Positions 1 to 13,349 of a stretch of DNA of 64,000 nucleotides are shown in pieces. The stretch is from Chrysomallon squamiferum. Lineage: Eukaryota; Animalia; Mollusca. The DNA lies in NCBI GenBank assembly GCA_012295275.1, contig CM022666.1:8370001-8434000 (forward strand). Direction: 5' to 3'. Position 1 is the stretch's first letter; every line of letters begins with the position of its first letter. A model generated the notes under the pieces. The model made no database searches. It was given only the letters and a program-made list of their open reading frames with translations, and was not told the DNA's origin. A program made the position numbers and the translations under genes.

Positions 1-726
1 ATCTCCAAAATGGCTCATGAAGTTATGTGTACCAGTGAATGAAATCAAATGCATATTTGTTATTGATATTAGAAATTCTTGACTGATAAAATTATTGTGA
101 ATTTCGTTTCCAACGAATATATCAAGATGCTATGACGAACTTTGATCTGTATGAATTTGATCAAATATGACACTTAAATGCTCTTTGATAGTCGACTCAT
201 GAATAATTAATTATGACTTTCTTTCCCAAAACATGTGAATATCTATCAGATTTAATGCTCAATTTTATTTTTCCAGGTTTTCATCACTGATTAAATAAAT
301 ATTTATTGATTTATATTATTTATTTTTATTTGCTGTTGATGAAATTTTGTTGTTCTTTGTTCATTTTTCCTCACATAAGAAACCCTCCCCAAAAAAAAGA
401 GAAAGAACAAAACTTGTATCAGCTTGTTTTGCTGTGTGTATGCGTGTATGAACACATTAATACTGTTGATTCAAGGATAAAGCATGTGTTTAATATTTTG
501 TTTATTGCTGTTATTTTATGTGTTATATTTTTTGACATAAAAAATATTTTATCAGTTTCATTTTCTATTATCTCAAATGTTGTCTTTTTCTTCTTCTTTC
601 TTTCTCTTTTTCTTGATATATATATAAAAAAATATTTTATGAGTTTTTTATTTTATATTATCTGAAATGTTGTCTTTTTCTTTTTTCTATATAATTTTTT
701 TTAATTGATTTTCTTTTTCGCTTTAG

Positions 727-763
727 GCTTTTAACAAAAGAATCACACAACTGGATGATAAAG
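727..763 (+). CDS. 37-nt internal exon (AFNKRITQLDDK+G) of a TNF-ligand gene copy
   Basis: TTTAG|GCT...AAAG|GTATCT; identical to 48911-48947 and homologous to 61596-61632. Confidence 0.8.
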
Positions 764-840
764 GTATCTATCTTTGTTGCTGATTTCTACACTTGTAATA
801 GAGTAGGGTTCTGGTAATTTCGTTGTTAATGTTTAATTTT

Positions 841-1970
841 AAATCTATTTGTCCTTTTAAATACTAAACACTAAATAGCTATGCCTGAAGTTTATGTAAA
901 GAAATATTGGAAAAAAAGAACAAAAAGAAAACAAATTAAACAAACAAAAAAAATAAATTGAGAAGAAGATGAAAAAGTAGCAGTAGAAAAAAAGAAGAAA
1001 GAAAACATTATAAAATTATCTATTTAGTTATATGTTTGTTTGTTTGTTTGTTTGTTTGTTTGTTTGTTTGTTTGTTTACTGGTTTGTTTGTTCATTCATT
1101 GATTGATTCACTCAACAACAGAAGTACTGAAAGACATAAAATCTATTTGTCCTTTTAAATACTAAACACTAAATAGCTATGCCTGAAGTTTATGTAAAGA
1201 AATATTGGAAAAAAAAAGAACAAAAAGAAAACAAATTAAACAAACAAAAAAAAATAAATTGAGAAGAAGAAAAAAAAAAAAGTAGCAGTAAAAAAAGAAG
1301 AAAGAAAACATTATAAAATTATCTATTTAGTTATATGTTTGTTTGTTTGTTTGTTTGTTTACTGGTTTGTTTGTTCATTCATTGATTGATTCACTCAACA
1401 ACAGAAGTACTGAAAGACATAAATCTATTTGTCCTTTTAAATACTAAACACTAAATAGCTATGCCTGAAGTTTATGTAAAGAAATATTGGAAAAAAAGAA
1501 CAAAAAGAAAACAAATTAAACAAACAAAAAAAATAAATTGAGAAGAAGATGAAAAAGTAGCAGTAGAAAAAAAGAAGAAAGAAAACATTATAAAATTATC
1601 TATTTAGTTATATGTTTGTTTGTTTGTTTGTTTGTTTGTTTGTTTACTGGTTTGTTTGTTCATTCATTGATTGATTCACTCAACAACAGAAGTACTGAAA
1701 GACATAAATCTATTTGTCCTTTTAAATACTAAACACTAAATAGCTATGCCTGAAGTTTATGTAAAGAAATACTGCAAAAACAGAACAAAAAGAAAATAAA
1801 GTAAACAAAAAAAAAAAAAAAAAAATTAAGTAGAAGAAGAAGAAGTAGCAGTAAAAAAAGAAACAATAACATTATAAAATTATCTATTTAGTTACATTTT
1901 GTTTACTGGTTTGTTTGTTCATTCATTAATTGATTTTTTTCAACAAGAGAAGTACCGAAAAACATTTCCC
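841..1970. repeat. About 4 tandem ~285-300 bp intronic units, most with a (TTTG)n tract
   Basis: AAATCTATTTGTCCTTTTAAATACTAAACAC recurs at about 841, 1139, 1421 and 1706. The same array is at 49025-50165; only one unit is at 61711-62013. Confidence 0.9.
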
Positions 1971-2419
1971 AATGACTTAACAAAGTTGGATACAGATAAT
2001 ATCAATATTCAACCTTTAATTCTATTGATCTCAGTACTTGTTTAAATTTTTCTGGAACAAGCCTGCGGGCGACTGATGTGCCCGCGGTTCCCGTGTTGGG
2101 AATCCCTCACCTAGATAACAGATTAACAGTCCATTGCATGGGAGTTTGTTAGTAACACTGGCATGTTTTCAAAACATACCTCATTACACAATAAACCTTT
2201 GTTTATATATATCTCCCAGTAGTCATATCGTCAGTAGTCATACCATTTGGAAAGCAGTCAATAGTCTTGACTGGCTCTCACTGCTCAGTGTTGTAATCAC
2301 AACTCCGGTGGGCATCATGTGTTCATGTTACTCCAGTTATACGGAGATGTTGCTCTTAAAAAGGAGAAGGAGTTTGAAGGAGACATGTTTTGATATAGCA
2401 ACGGATGTCATGTTGTGAC

Positions 2420-2858
2420 TGCTGATGGCCACCCTTTCCTGTTGACTATTGACGCAGATAAGACAACACTGATCAACAGCTTCGTGCTTTGCAGTCGCCC
2501 GACACGATCTGCTCGGACGGCACCTTTTCTTCATTTCTGATCTCTGGGATCATGCCAGGACCAGTTCATCCACATACGCGCTAGTACACGCCTTGCTGCC
2601 CCACAGATAGCCACCTACCGACTGTTCAGTCAGCTCAACACAAAGTTCAGGCATGACTCAACCCTAACTCTTGACCCTGCAGGGCTGCCAGACTAACTCT
2701 TCTACCAAAGATAAAATTCAGGACGCATGGATTGAAACCATGGAGCTGACACCAAATGTTTCTCGTTCATTGACCGGATTGATGATGATGCTCGCTTCCC
2801 CTGCGGTCTGGAACCACCATGAGACCAATGGGCCACGCACAATAACAATCTGGAAGGA
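2420..2858 (+). mobile_element. MULE (Mutator-like) transposase fragment, cut by the gap
   Basis: Same sequence as about 50620-51060 (DGTF...ALVHALLP motif), with frameshifts. Confidence 0.75.
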
Positions 2859-3058
2859 NNNNNNNNNNNNNNNNNNNNNNNNNNNNNNNNNNNNNNNNNN
2901 NNNNNNNNNNNNNNNNNNNNNNNNNNNNNNNNNNNNNNNNNNNNNNNNNNNNNNNNNNNNNNNNNNNNNNNNNNNNNNNNNNNNNNNNNNNNNNNNNNNN
3001 NNNNNNNNNNNNNNNNNNNNNNNNNNNNNNNNNNNNNNNNNNNNNNNNNNNNNNNNNN
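2859..3058. other. Assembly gap (200 N)
   Basis: Run of exactly 200 N. Confidence 1.
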
Positions 3059-3436
3059 GAGTATAAACACATAACAAACGGGTGTTTACACATAACATGC
3101 ATACAGTATAGATATATACACAAAATATATGTATATTCAGTAAGTTTTATATTTCAGCAAATCATCTCCGGTAACTGCTTCAAAAGGATTTCACTAACTA
3201 TATGTCTTACAGCAAATACTGATTATAATTCTCGTATCCATTGTTTTTATTCTTCTTCTTTGAATATATTATCTGCAGAACTTCCAGATAATTAACAGAT
3301 GGAAGATTTTAGACAAAAATACTGCTAATTTCAAAGGTCCTTACTTGCTTTCTGATGTCTGTTGAAAATGGTTTTAACTGGAAAGTTTTACATCCATCAT
3401 CTACGCGGATTTGCGCGGAAATGCACGATAAAACCG

Positions 3437-3800
3437 TTAAATGAGACGGTAGACAACTTTGCAGCATGTGCAGTTTCTGCTATTCTTCTCCGTTTTAACA
3501 TACCTGTTAAATCGATACCTGTTAATACGTAAATAACTTAGTATTTATGTACTTAAATGAGACCGTAGACAACTTTGCACCATGTGCACCATGTGCAGTT
3601 TCTGCTATTCTTCTCTCCGTGTTAACATGCCTATTAAATCGATACCTGTTAATACGTAAATAACTTAGTATTTATGTACTTAAATGAGACCGTAGACAAC
3701 ATTGCACCATGTGCAGTTTCTGCTATTCTTCTCTCCGTGTTAACATGCCTGTTAAATCGATACCTGTTAATACGTAAATAACTTAGTATTTATGTACTTA
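3437..3800. repeat. ~118/127-bp minisatellite (3 units) inside a repeated ~1.3-1.5 kb element
   Basis: Unit TAAATGAGAC(G/C)GTAGACAAC...TAAATAACTTAGTATTTATGTACT. Confidence 0.9.
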
Positions 3801-4252
3801 GATAATCACGTTCAGTCGAAATAGCTAACGTACAGCAGGAAAACTTTTAATGTAGTTTTTATGTTTTATTGTTGTAGATACATACATACAATATACACAC
3901 ATATCATACATACACTATACACACATATAGATACAATATACAAACACCACAAATAAAATACATACACACATACACACACATATATACACATATCATACAC
4001 ACAATATAAATATACTACACGTACGCAGAGATATATACAATATAGAGACATAACATACACATAATACATGTATCATATTCAGTCATATCATACGGACAGT
4101 ATAGACACTTACTATACATACAGTATACACACATAATCGTACATACAGTACATACATACACAAAATATACGCAGTATAGCAAGTACTTACATTGTATACA
4201 TGCAAGTCACCATACACACATAAGTATATACACATACAATATATACATAGAT

Positions 4253-4318
<66 letters not shown>

Positions 4319-4499
4319 ATGCATAGAATATAAATACAAATCATACGTACAGTGTGTATACACATACTATTGTATACATACATATCACATCTCTTCATCG
4401 AAATGAAAGGTCGATCAAGAACTGTTACATAATTCAAAATAAAAGGTTTTATTTTTGTAATAGTTCCATCACTTCGAAGTCAAATATTGCAGATACATC

Positions 4500-4930
4500 A
4501 GTAACTTTATAAATAAAATTTTACATAACTTTACAAATAGAAATCTTACATAAATTTTTAAATAGAAATCTTACATAACTTTATAAATAGAAATCTTACA
4601 TAAATATATAAATAGAAATTTTACATAACTTTATAAATAGAAATTATACCCAACTTTATAAAAAAGATCTTACATAACTTTATAAATACAAAATTTGAAT
4701 AACTTTATAAATAGAAATCGTACATAACATAAATACAAATCATTTTATTAATAAAAAATGTATGTAACCTTTCTAATAAATATCTAATGTTCGTTCATAA
4801 ATAAAAATTTCACATAACTTTATAAATAATCATTTTAAATAACTTTATAAATAAAATTTTTAGATAACTTTATAAATAAAAATCATACATAACTCTGTAA
4901 CTAATAATCATACGGAACTTTATAAATAAA
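4500..4930. repeat. AT-rich ~24-bp minisatellite (AACTTTATAAATAGAAATCTTACAT-like); second copy about 30570-31000
   Basis: Visible degenerate tandem units. Confidence 0.85.
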
Positions 4931-6435
4931 TGCTCCTGCATTCTCTTCTGTGTTCGTATTATGAATTCCAAAACAACATCCGACCTGCTAGTAATATTCA
5001 GATATGTAAGTAGTTGAGTGATAAATATATATAAACACATATTATATATACATCACAGAAAAATATTTTGCATACAGTATAGATGTATACTGAATATACA
5101 ATATCCACGCATGTGATATATAGTATAAGCACACAGAGATACAATATAGGCACATACTATCAATACATTATAAACACATATACATACATTATAGGCAAAT
5201 GTTATCAACACAGTATGCACACATAATACATACAGTAAAACACATATCATACATATAGTATAAACACATACAGATACAATATAGGCACATGCTATCAATA
5301 CAGTATACACATATCATACGTACAGTATAAACAGATATTTTATATATATATCAGATAGAAAGACAAGAATGTAGGCTATGTAAATGCTTCATGTATATAT
5401 ATATATATTTACTTTCGTTCTTTAATTATAAAAGCTCACTGAATCATCTAAACAAAGAGATCTGTAACTAGGAACAACTGCTGTTCTCTAAGACAATAAA
5501 ACTCCTGAGCCATTACTGAATTTTGTACGCACTAACTCATTATCTCAGAAAACCCATTAATTAGACCATAGACAACTAGAAGGAAACAGCAGTAATGTGA
5601 ACATTACAATATAAAATCTTACCATTGTCCAACAGGTAATATGCGTTTTCTAACAAACATTTTGAACAAGATAAACTAAATCATTCTTCAATATACAGCA
5701 TAACTTATAAAAATAAAATGATTTCACCTACAAAATAACTTTTAACAATAATTTCCTCTATTTAAATATGCATTGTGCAGTCATGTGCTGCTTTCAACGC
5801 GCCTACCCGTTTCATAGACATCTCCGTTTATTGCACACAAAAAATACTGAGAAACCATCGTCTACATTCAAAATTACACAAACGTATCTCTATCTCCTAC
5901 CCGCCAGTCACCCGAACTTCGGGCGACACACCCTCATGTAAATGTCTAATAAAATTTCCAGATAAGCCACCATCAGGACAGTTTTTCATTAAATCCATAT
6001 AAACCTAATGCAAGCTAATTTTCATGATGTGTATTTTTCTGTATGAGTATAAACACATATCAAACGTACGGTGTTTACACATAACATGCATACAGTATAG
6101 ATATATACACAAAATATATGTATATTCAGTAAGTTTTATATTTCAGCAAATCATCTCCGGTAACTGCTTCAAAAAGGATTTCACTAACTATATGTCTTAC
6201 AGCAAATACTGATTATAATTGTCGTATCTATTATTTCTTATTTTTCTTCTTTGAATATATTATCTGCTGCAGAACTTCCAGTTAATTAACAGATGGAAGA
6301 TTTTTAGACAAAATTTACTGCTAATTTTAAAGGTCCTTACTTGCTTTCTGATGTCTGTTGAAAATGGTTTTTAACTGGAAAGTTTTACATCCATCATCTA
6401 CGCGGATTTGCGCGGAAATGCACGATAAAACCGTT

Positions 6436-7045
6436 AAATGAGACGGTAGACAACTTTGCAGCATGTGCAGTTTCTGCTATTCTTCTCTCCGTTTTAACAT
6501 ACCTGTTAAATCGATACCTGTTAATACGTAAATAACTTAGTATTTATGTACTTAAATGAGACGGTAGACAACTTTGCAGCATGTGCAGTTTCTGCTATTC
6601 TTCTCTCCGTTTTAACATACCTGTTAAATCGATACCTGTTAATATGTAAATAACTTAGTATTTATGTACTTAAATGAGACGGTAGACAACTTTCCACCAT
6701 GTGCACCATGTGCAGTTTCTGCTATTCTTCTCTCCGTTTTAACATACCTGTTAAATCGATACCTGTTAATACGTAAATAACTTAGTATTTATGCACTTAA
6801 ATGAGACCGTAGACAACTTTGCACCATGTGCACAATGTGCAGTTTCTGCTATTCTTCTCTCCGTGTTAACATACCTGTTAAATCGATACCTGTTAATACG
6901 TAAATAACTTAGTATTTATGTACTTAAATGAGACCGTAGACAACATTGCACCACGTGCAGTTTCTGCTATTGTTATCTCCATGTTAATATACCTGTTAAA
7001 TCGATACCTGTTAATACGTAAATAACTTAGTATTTATGTACTTAG
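6436..7045. repeat. ~118/127-bp minisatellite (5 units)
   Basis: Units at about 6436, 6553, 6671, 6798 and 6925. Confidence 0.9.
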
Positions 7046-8200
7046 TTAATCACGTTCGATCGAAATAATGAACTTACAGCAGCAAAACTTTTAATGTGGT
7101 TTTTATGTTTTTTGTTGTATGTACATACAAAAAAAAAATATACATACATATCATACATACAATATAAACACATCTAGATACAATATAGACACATAACATA
7201 AACATACCTAATGTACATACAAAATACACACATATCACAGATACAATATAGACCTACTACTCGTATGCTACAGATATATACAATATAGATACATACCATA
7301 TATACAGTATACACATACTACACATATGCATAGATTATAGGCACATATTATACATACAGTATACACAAATATCGTAAAAACAGATACAGTATACACCTAT
7401 CATGCATACAAGATATACACATACCTTACATTGTTTACATAAATCATACACAGTATATAATACACGTACAATATATACACAGATCATACATATAGTGTAT
7501 ACACATACCATGCATACAGTATAAGTGAAAATCATACGCACAGTGTGTACACATACTATTGTACAGATGTATATCACATCTCTTCATCGACATGAATCTG
7601 CAGGCGGTGTACGCCGTCGATAACAACGTCTCTGGTTGCCATGACAGCGGTCGAAACAGTCGCTTTACGTGTTAGGGCGTTCCAGTAGAACTAGTGCACA
7701 TCTTTCCAAAGTAGTAATTTCCTCTGATTGAAAAACAGATAAATAATTTTAACTTGCCTTATATTATAAATACGGCGGGTGACAACAAACCAAACGAGAA
7801 AACCAAGCATTTTGATAAATTTTACTACTGGATGACGTTCCGAATCTCTTCTTTTATTTGCTGTGTACTCTATTTTTATTTATTCGTTCATTCATTCACT
7901 CATTCATCTATACTTTTTAATTTACTTATTATATTATTTATTTTCTTTTATTTACTTTTGTTAATATGTGTTGGGTGATATACCATGACTCAGTCTTTCA
8001 GGATTTATGATATTGTTAAAATAACTGAGGGACATTAGGGCTCTATATCATCAAAAGCGTATCTATTTTCATTATTACTTTTCTTGCACATTACGGATAT
8101 AATTCGACATTAACTTAATAATAATAAATGCTTAAACTGAAAAATAAAGAAAGTATTATTATTAATTATAACAAAAATTGCGTCCCACCACATTAAAAAA

Positions 8201-8247
<47 letters not shown>

Positions 8248-8304
8248 GGAAAGAGAAAAAGAAAGAAAATAATACATTTTTATTACTACGCCAGTTATCT
8301 CCCG

Positions 8305-8373
8305 TGACGTCAAGGTTAGTCGGAATATTGCACTGTGTGACGTCACTACACAAGATGGGTAACGTTGACGTCA
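8305..8373. promoter_or_regulatory. Cluster of three perfect CRE palindromes (TGACGTCA)
   Basis: TGACGTCA at 8305, 8338 and 8366. In the duplicate (about 34612-34681) the middle site reads TGTCGTCA. Function not shown. Confidence 0.35.
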
Positions 8374-8945
8374 CATTCACTTGTCGTGACCCTTCCGCTT
8401 CGCTAATAATCAACGTAGATGGCGCTGTCTGCAATTTATTTAAATTATAAGGAGATAAACGTTTAAAATCAGAAAAGAAATAAATCTAAATTATATTTAG
8501 TGAAAGATAAATCAGTTACATCCGTAATACTCGATTTTGTCTAATTTAAAAATCATTGTACTACTGCTATTTCTGGTACTGTCTTTACTGTAACCATAAA
8601 TACAACTACCACTATTACTACTGTCGATGACGATGACAACTACTTCTACTACTACTACGACCATTACATCTTTGTTTACTGCTTCTACTACTACTACAAC
8701 TACTAATAATAATAATTGTCACTGAGATAATCGTTGATTATTTCACAGACTCCAGTATTTAATGTTATATTAACATAGTGTATATTACATTGATGACTAC
8801 AGTTAATAATGAATTCGAGGACTGTAAAATGAAATATTAAAGTAGGAAGACGTTCATTAAAATATATATATATATGTATAAATGTAAAAATACAAAACAA
8901 CAAAATAATTAAATAATTAAAATAAATAAATATATAAACAAATAA

Positions 8946-8981
<36 letters not shown>

Positions 8982-9747
8982 GTAGTAGTAGTAGTAGTCG
9001 TAGTACTAGTAGTACCAGCAAAACTTTGACAAGAAATGATAGACTGAGAGAAAGAAGAATAAATCATAAACAAAAAGAAATTATCAGTAAATAAACTGCA
9101 GATGATACACAGATTACTAAAATAAAACTATTAAATAAAAAATAAAAAACAACAACAACCAACCCCCCTCTAAACTGCCCCACGATGCCCGCCCCAAACC
9201 ATAAAAAGTAAAATGAAATAAGAAATAAATAAATAAATAAAATAAAATCTGCCCCCCACCCCGCAAAATACCGAGATCCGATAAAAGCGATAATGATGAT
9301 AACAATAATAATTCAAAACAATAAAATCAAATCAAATTAAGAAGATATTATTGCTTTAAAAAAAAAAAAAAAAAAAAAATTTAAAAAAATCATGAATATG
9401 ATAACGAAAACATTCGCGACATGAAAAATTACTAATCTGGGTGTATTATTAATCGTCTTTTCTCTTTTTCTTTTTTCTAAATATTTTAATTTACTAGAAC
9501 AAAACAATAATGACTCATACTAAAAATCCTTACCTGTTTATCATAACTTTGTGTGTGACAGTCACAAAATTAAAAGCATAAAGCCACGCCAGAATCTGCA
9601 GTCTTAATATATTTGTGCTCACAACATGTAATTTTTTATGCTTAAAACTTCTTGAATCGGCGGTTCATTGCGTTAGTCAGACTGGAGGAAACGAGTCCGC
9701 TTCCTTGTTCATTTTCACCGATGTTACACGTTCGCGCCTTAATCTTG

Positions 9748-9860
9748 TATAAAAAGGAAAACAACAACTTTTTGACGTCTGCCACACATCTGCAACAGAG
9801 ACTGCGCAACGGATAAGAACATGGCACTCGTTTTCGTGCTCCTTTTTATCGGTTTTAGTG
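9748..9860 (+). pseudogene. TATA box plus orphan signal-peptide first exon (MALVFVLLFIGFS|); downstream gene not recoverable
   Basis: TATAAAAA at 9748, ATG at 9821, 13 mostly hydrophobic codons, then a strong G|GTGAGT donor at 9860/9861. Duplicate at 35864-35976. Confidence 0.5.
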
Positions 9861-10120
9861 GTGAGTTTGTTTTAATTTTTAATTGTGTAAGAACTATTAT
9901 TTTATTTTATTAATTAATTAATTAATTAATTTATTTATTTATCTATTATTATTATTAAGAAGAATTAAAATTAAGAACAGTAATATAAATAAATAAATAG
10001 ACAGATAAATTAATAAATAAATGCAAAGAGGGGAAAATAAGTATATTATTTAATTATTTCAAATATTTTGAAAAATATTTTTGTATTTATAACGTGGGAG
10101 AAGTAATAATAATAATGATG

Positions 10121-10183
<63 letters not shown>

Positions 10184-10558
10184 TTAATATTAATATTAAT
10201 AATAATAATAATCATCATGTTAAGGTAGAGCATCGTGCCTTTGTGCTAACAACCCCGATTTCAGTTCAGATGTTTAAAGTAACGCATATCTTTGATAAGT
10301 AAATTCAAAGTACTATCATTTTTCAAGCTAAATATTCATTATATACATAATAAACATTTTAATAATCTGTACTGAAGATAGTAACAAACGATGAATACAT
10401 GTTAAACTTTCGATAAAATGATGTATCATTTCAGAGGTTACATTATTAGGTAGATATAACTTTCAGGATTACATACAGCTATCTGTCTGTCTGGTTATCT
10501 TTCTCTCTCTTTGCTGTCCGCCCATCCGTGCAACTCTGTGTGTCTGTCTGTCTGTGTA

Positions 10559-11057
10559 TCATATACCTATCTGCCTGTCTATACATTTCTATTTATTCTG
10601 TGTCTCATATACCTATCTGCCTGTCTATATATTTCTGTTTATTCTGTGGATCATATACCTATCTGCCTGTCTATATATTTATATTTATTCTGTGTCTCAT
10701 ATACCTATCTGCCTGTCTATACATTTCTATTTATTCTGTGGATCATACACCTATCTGCCTGTATATACATTTCTATTTATTCTGTGGATCATACACCTAT
10801 CTGCCTGTCTATACATTTCTATTTATTCTGTGTCTCATATACCTATCTGCCTGTCTGTATATTTATATTTATTCTGTGTATCACATACCTATCTGCCTGT
10901 CTATATATTTCTATTTATTCTGTGGATCATATACCTATCTGTTTGTCTATATATTTCTATTTATTCTGTGGATCATATACCTGTCTGCCTGTCTATATAT
11001 TTATATTTATTCTGTGGATCATATACCTATCTGCCTGTCTATATATTTATATTTATT
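10559..11057. repeat. 46-bp minisatellite (about 11 units; about 6 units at 36699-36975)
   Basis: TCATATACCTATCTGCCTGTCTATA(C/T)ATTT(C/A)TATTTATTCTGTG(TC/GA), period 46. Confidence 0.92.
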
Positions 11058-11745
11058 AAGTCTGTCTCATTCTCTCTTTATATATATGTATGTCTGTATG
11101 ATTGTTGTCTTTTCTGTCTTCTGTCTGTATATCGACCGGAACTACGTGTAATTATTTCACATTTATTTTTTATTATTTGTAAAAAGAAAAATTGGTTATC
11201 GTTTTCTCTTTTGTTTTAATGCTTCACGCATATTCATATGTTTTTTTTTTATCTTTAAGAACAGTTCTAAAGCACTTTTAAATAGTTTTTTTTTTTTCGA
11301 TTACAGTCTTGTTACATTCTTGAACAAGTACAAATAAGTTCATTATGGTGTCCTTGTTGACAAAATAATCACCCTAATTTAGATTATTTAACTTTCCTTC
11401 TTTTTTAATCTACTCAATTTCTTTTTATATGTTTTCGTACCTGTAAATCCTCTTTCTAATGATAATTTTATGTTAATCCGCGAATACAAGGTAATCTCCT
11501 TTAAGCCAATGAACAAGAAGGAAATATGAAAATTAGAAAGTGGAAAACAGAAAACAAACTTAACATTTTGTTAAAGAGAAAACAAATAGAGAAATTAGAA
11601 ATATACTAATGACGCTTGAACTAATATTAAAAGTGAAATTTAGTAAAGTGAAAAAAATATGAGAAAGCGGGAAAACACATATTACACCCTTAATTAATTA
11701 ATACTGCTTTCAAAATATTTTATAATTACGTACATTTGTACGCGC

Positions 11746-11888
<143 letters not shown>

Positions 11889-13349
11889 GTCAGCTTTTGA
11901 ATGAAATTTATTATTATATCACACAACAGATGCCCAGACGATTCTAAACTCTACTGAGAAATCACGTGACGTGAATAATCAAGCCGGACAGACGGAGACT
12001 CTGTTATGCGACCAGTTTCAAACTCCGGCATGGTTCCGATTTATAATTGGACTGATGCCTACGTCTGTTTCTATGTATATTATTCAGTGCATATTTATCT
12101 TCTCGTATATTCTATATACCCATCTCTTTTAATGTGCATACATATTGCATAGGTTTTTCTTCGTATATGTGAAAATATTTGCGAACAGTTCACTATACTC
12201 AATACTATATACGCAAGATAACTCCAAGGACTTATTCTTTATGCATAAATTATTCAAAAGATATAAAATGCTTAGTTTTAGTAAGTTCGATAGTCTTCGG
12301 TCGTAGCCACGGAAAATGTCGAATGTTTTCCATAACCATCTTACTACGTGGATATATTTCCGGCTGAACTATACAAATGTTTTTGTATTTATCTTAATCT
12401 TAGTAAGTTCGACAGTCTTCGGTCATATCCACGGAAAATGTCGAATGGTTTCCATAACCATCTTACTACGTGGATGTATTTCCGGCTGAACTATACAAAT
12501 GTTTTTACCAAGTTATTGTAATAAATAAACATTATGCTGTAGTTAAACTAATATATAGTAACATATTTTAAATTGATATCCTTCGTTTTATTAAAAGCGA
12601 ATAAATGCGAATATAATTCTAATAAACAGTCGCTAAGTGAGAAGCTGCGCATGAATATTAAACCGTTGTTACCATAGCAACCATTAACAATAGCGACCGG
12701 TAGCAAACACACGCTAGACGTAAACTTGGCAAACTGCTGCAGCATTAAACGTTTAGACATCTGCAATGGCGGTTGTTGTTTTAAGTTGGCAATACAAATA
12801 AATGACCTGATACATTGTTTCAAATTTATTCTTTCAAAGCTATTATTTGATTGTTTTGTGTAGACACTCATTGTTCATAATCATGAAAAGAAATATTACT
12901 ACAACAGATTGCCGCTATTTTACCTTTTCATAGCTGGAGTCATGACATCATTGTATGGAGGTTGACGTCACAGCTGTATTATTTCTGACAATATAAGAGC
13001 TCACCACTTCTCTCCTAAACTCGATGACGTCACGACTACATAAACATTGCATCACTCAGATATTTTTTAAATGTACCTTCTCAGTAGTCAAGGTTGGACA
13101 GCAAGATTAAATAAATAAATAAAATATAATAAAATAGAAGTTTTCCAGCTATATTTAAACTATTTCTTTAATATATATATATATATATTAAATTATTTCA
13201 AAATTTGGATTATCGTTTCAAACTAAAACAGTAAAGAAAGGAAGATAAAAAATATATTTAGAGAAAATAATCATTTAAAAATGAGGCTTGTAAAAAGCAG
13301 AGTAGACACCCGAGTTTAACTTACCGTCATATTGACTAGTACAAGTTTT

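Larger units (their letters stand above)
1..2858 (+). repeat. Near-identical copy of 48188-51060 (intronic part of a TNF-ligand gene including the 37-nt exon and MULE fragment); third paralog, allelic haplotype or contig overlap
   Basis: Starts ATCTCCAAAATGGCTCATG as at 48188 and ends TCTGGAAGGA as at 51060. Differences are mostly 1-3 nt indels and a few substitutions. Confidence 0.95.

Noticed and set aside
2671-3123. ORFs spanning N-runs (also 40885-41265)
   Set aside because: Artefacts of translating through assembly gaps.
9642-9827. Cys-containing minus-strand ORF conserved in both duplicates, as a further chitin-binding exon
   Set aside because: No ChtBD2 spacing. Conservation reflects recent duplication, and the plus strand explains the region better.
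10511-11219. Three overlapping 180-220 aa ORFs
   Set aside because: Translations of a stop-free 46-bp minisatellite whose copy number differs in the duplicate.
11320-11325. In-frame TGA read as selenocysteine
   Set aside because: No SECIS or selenoprotein context is visible, and the adjacent donor is also damaged.
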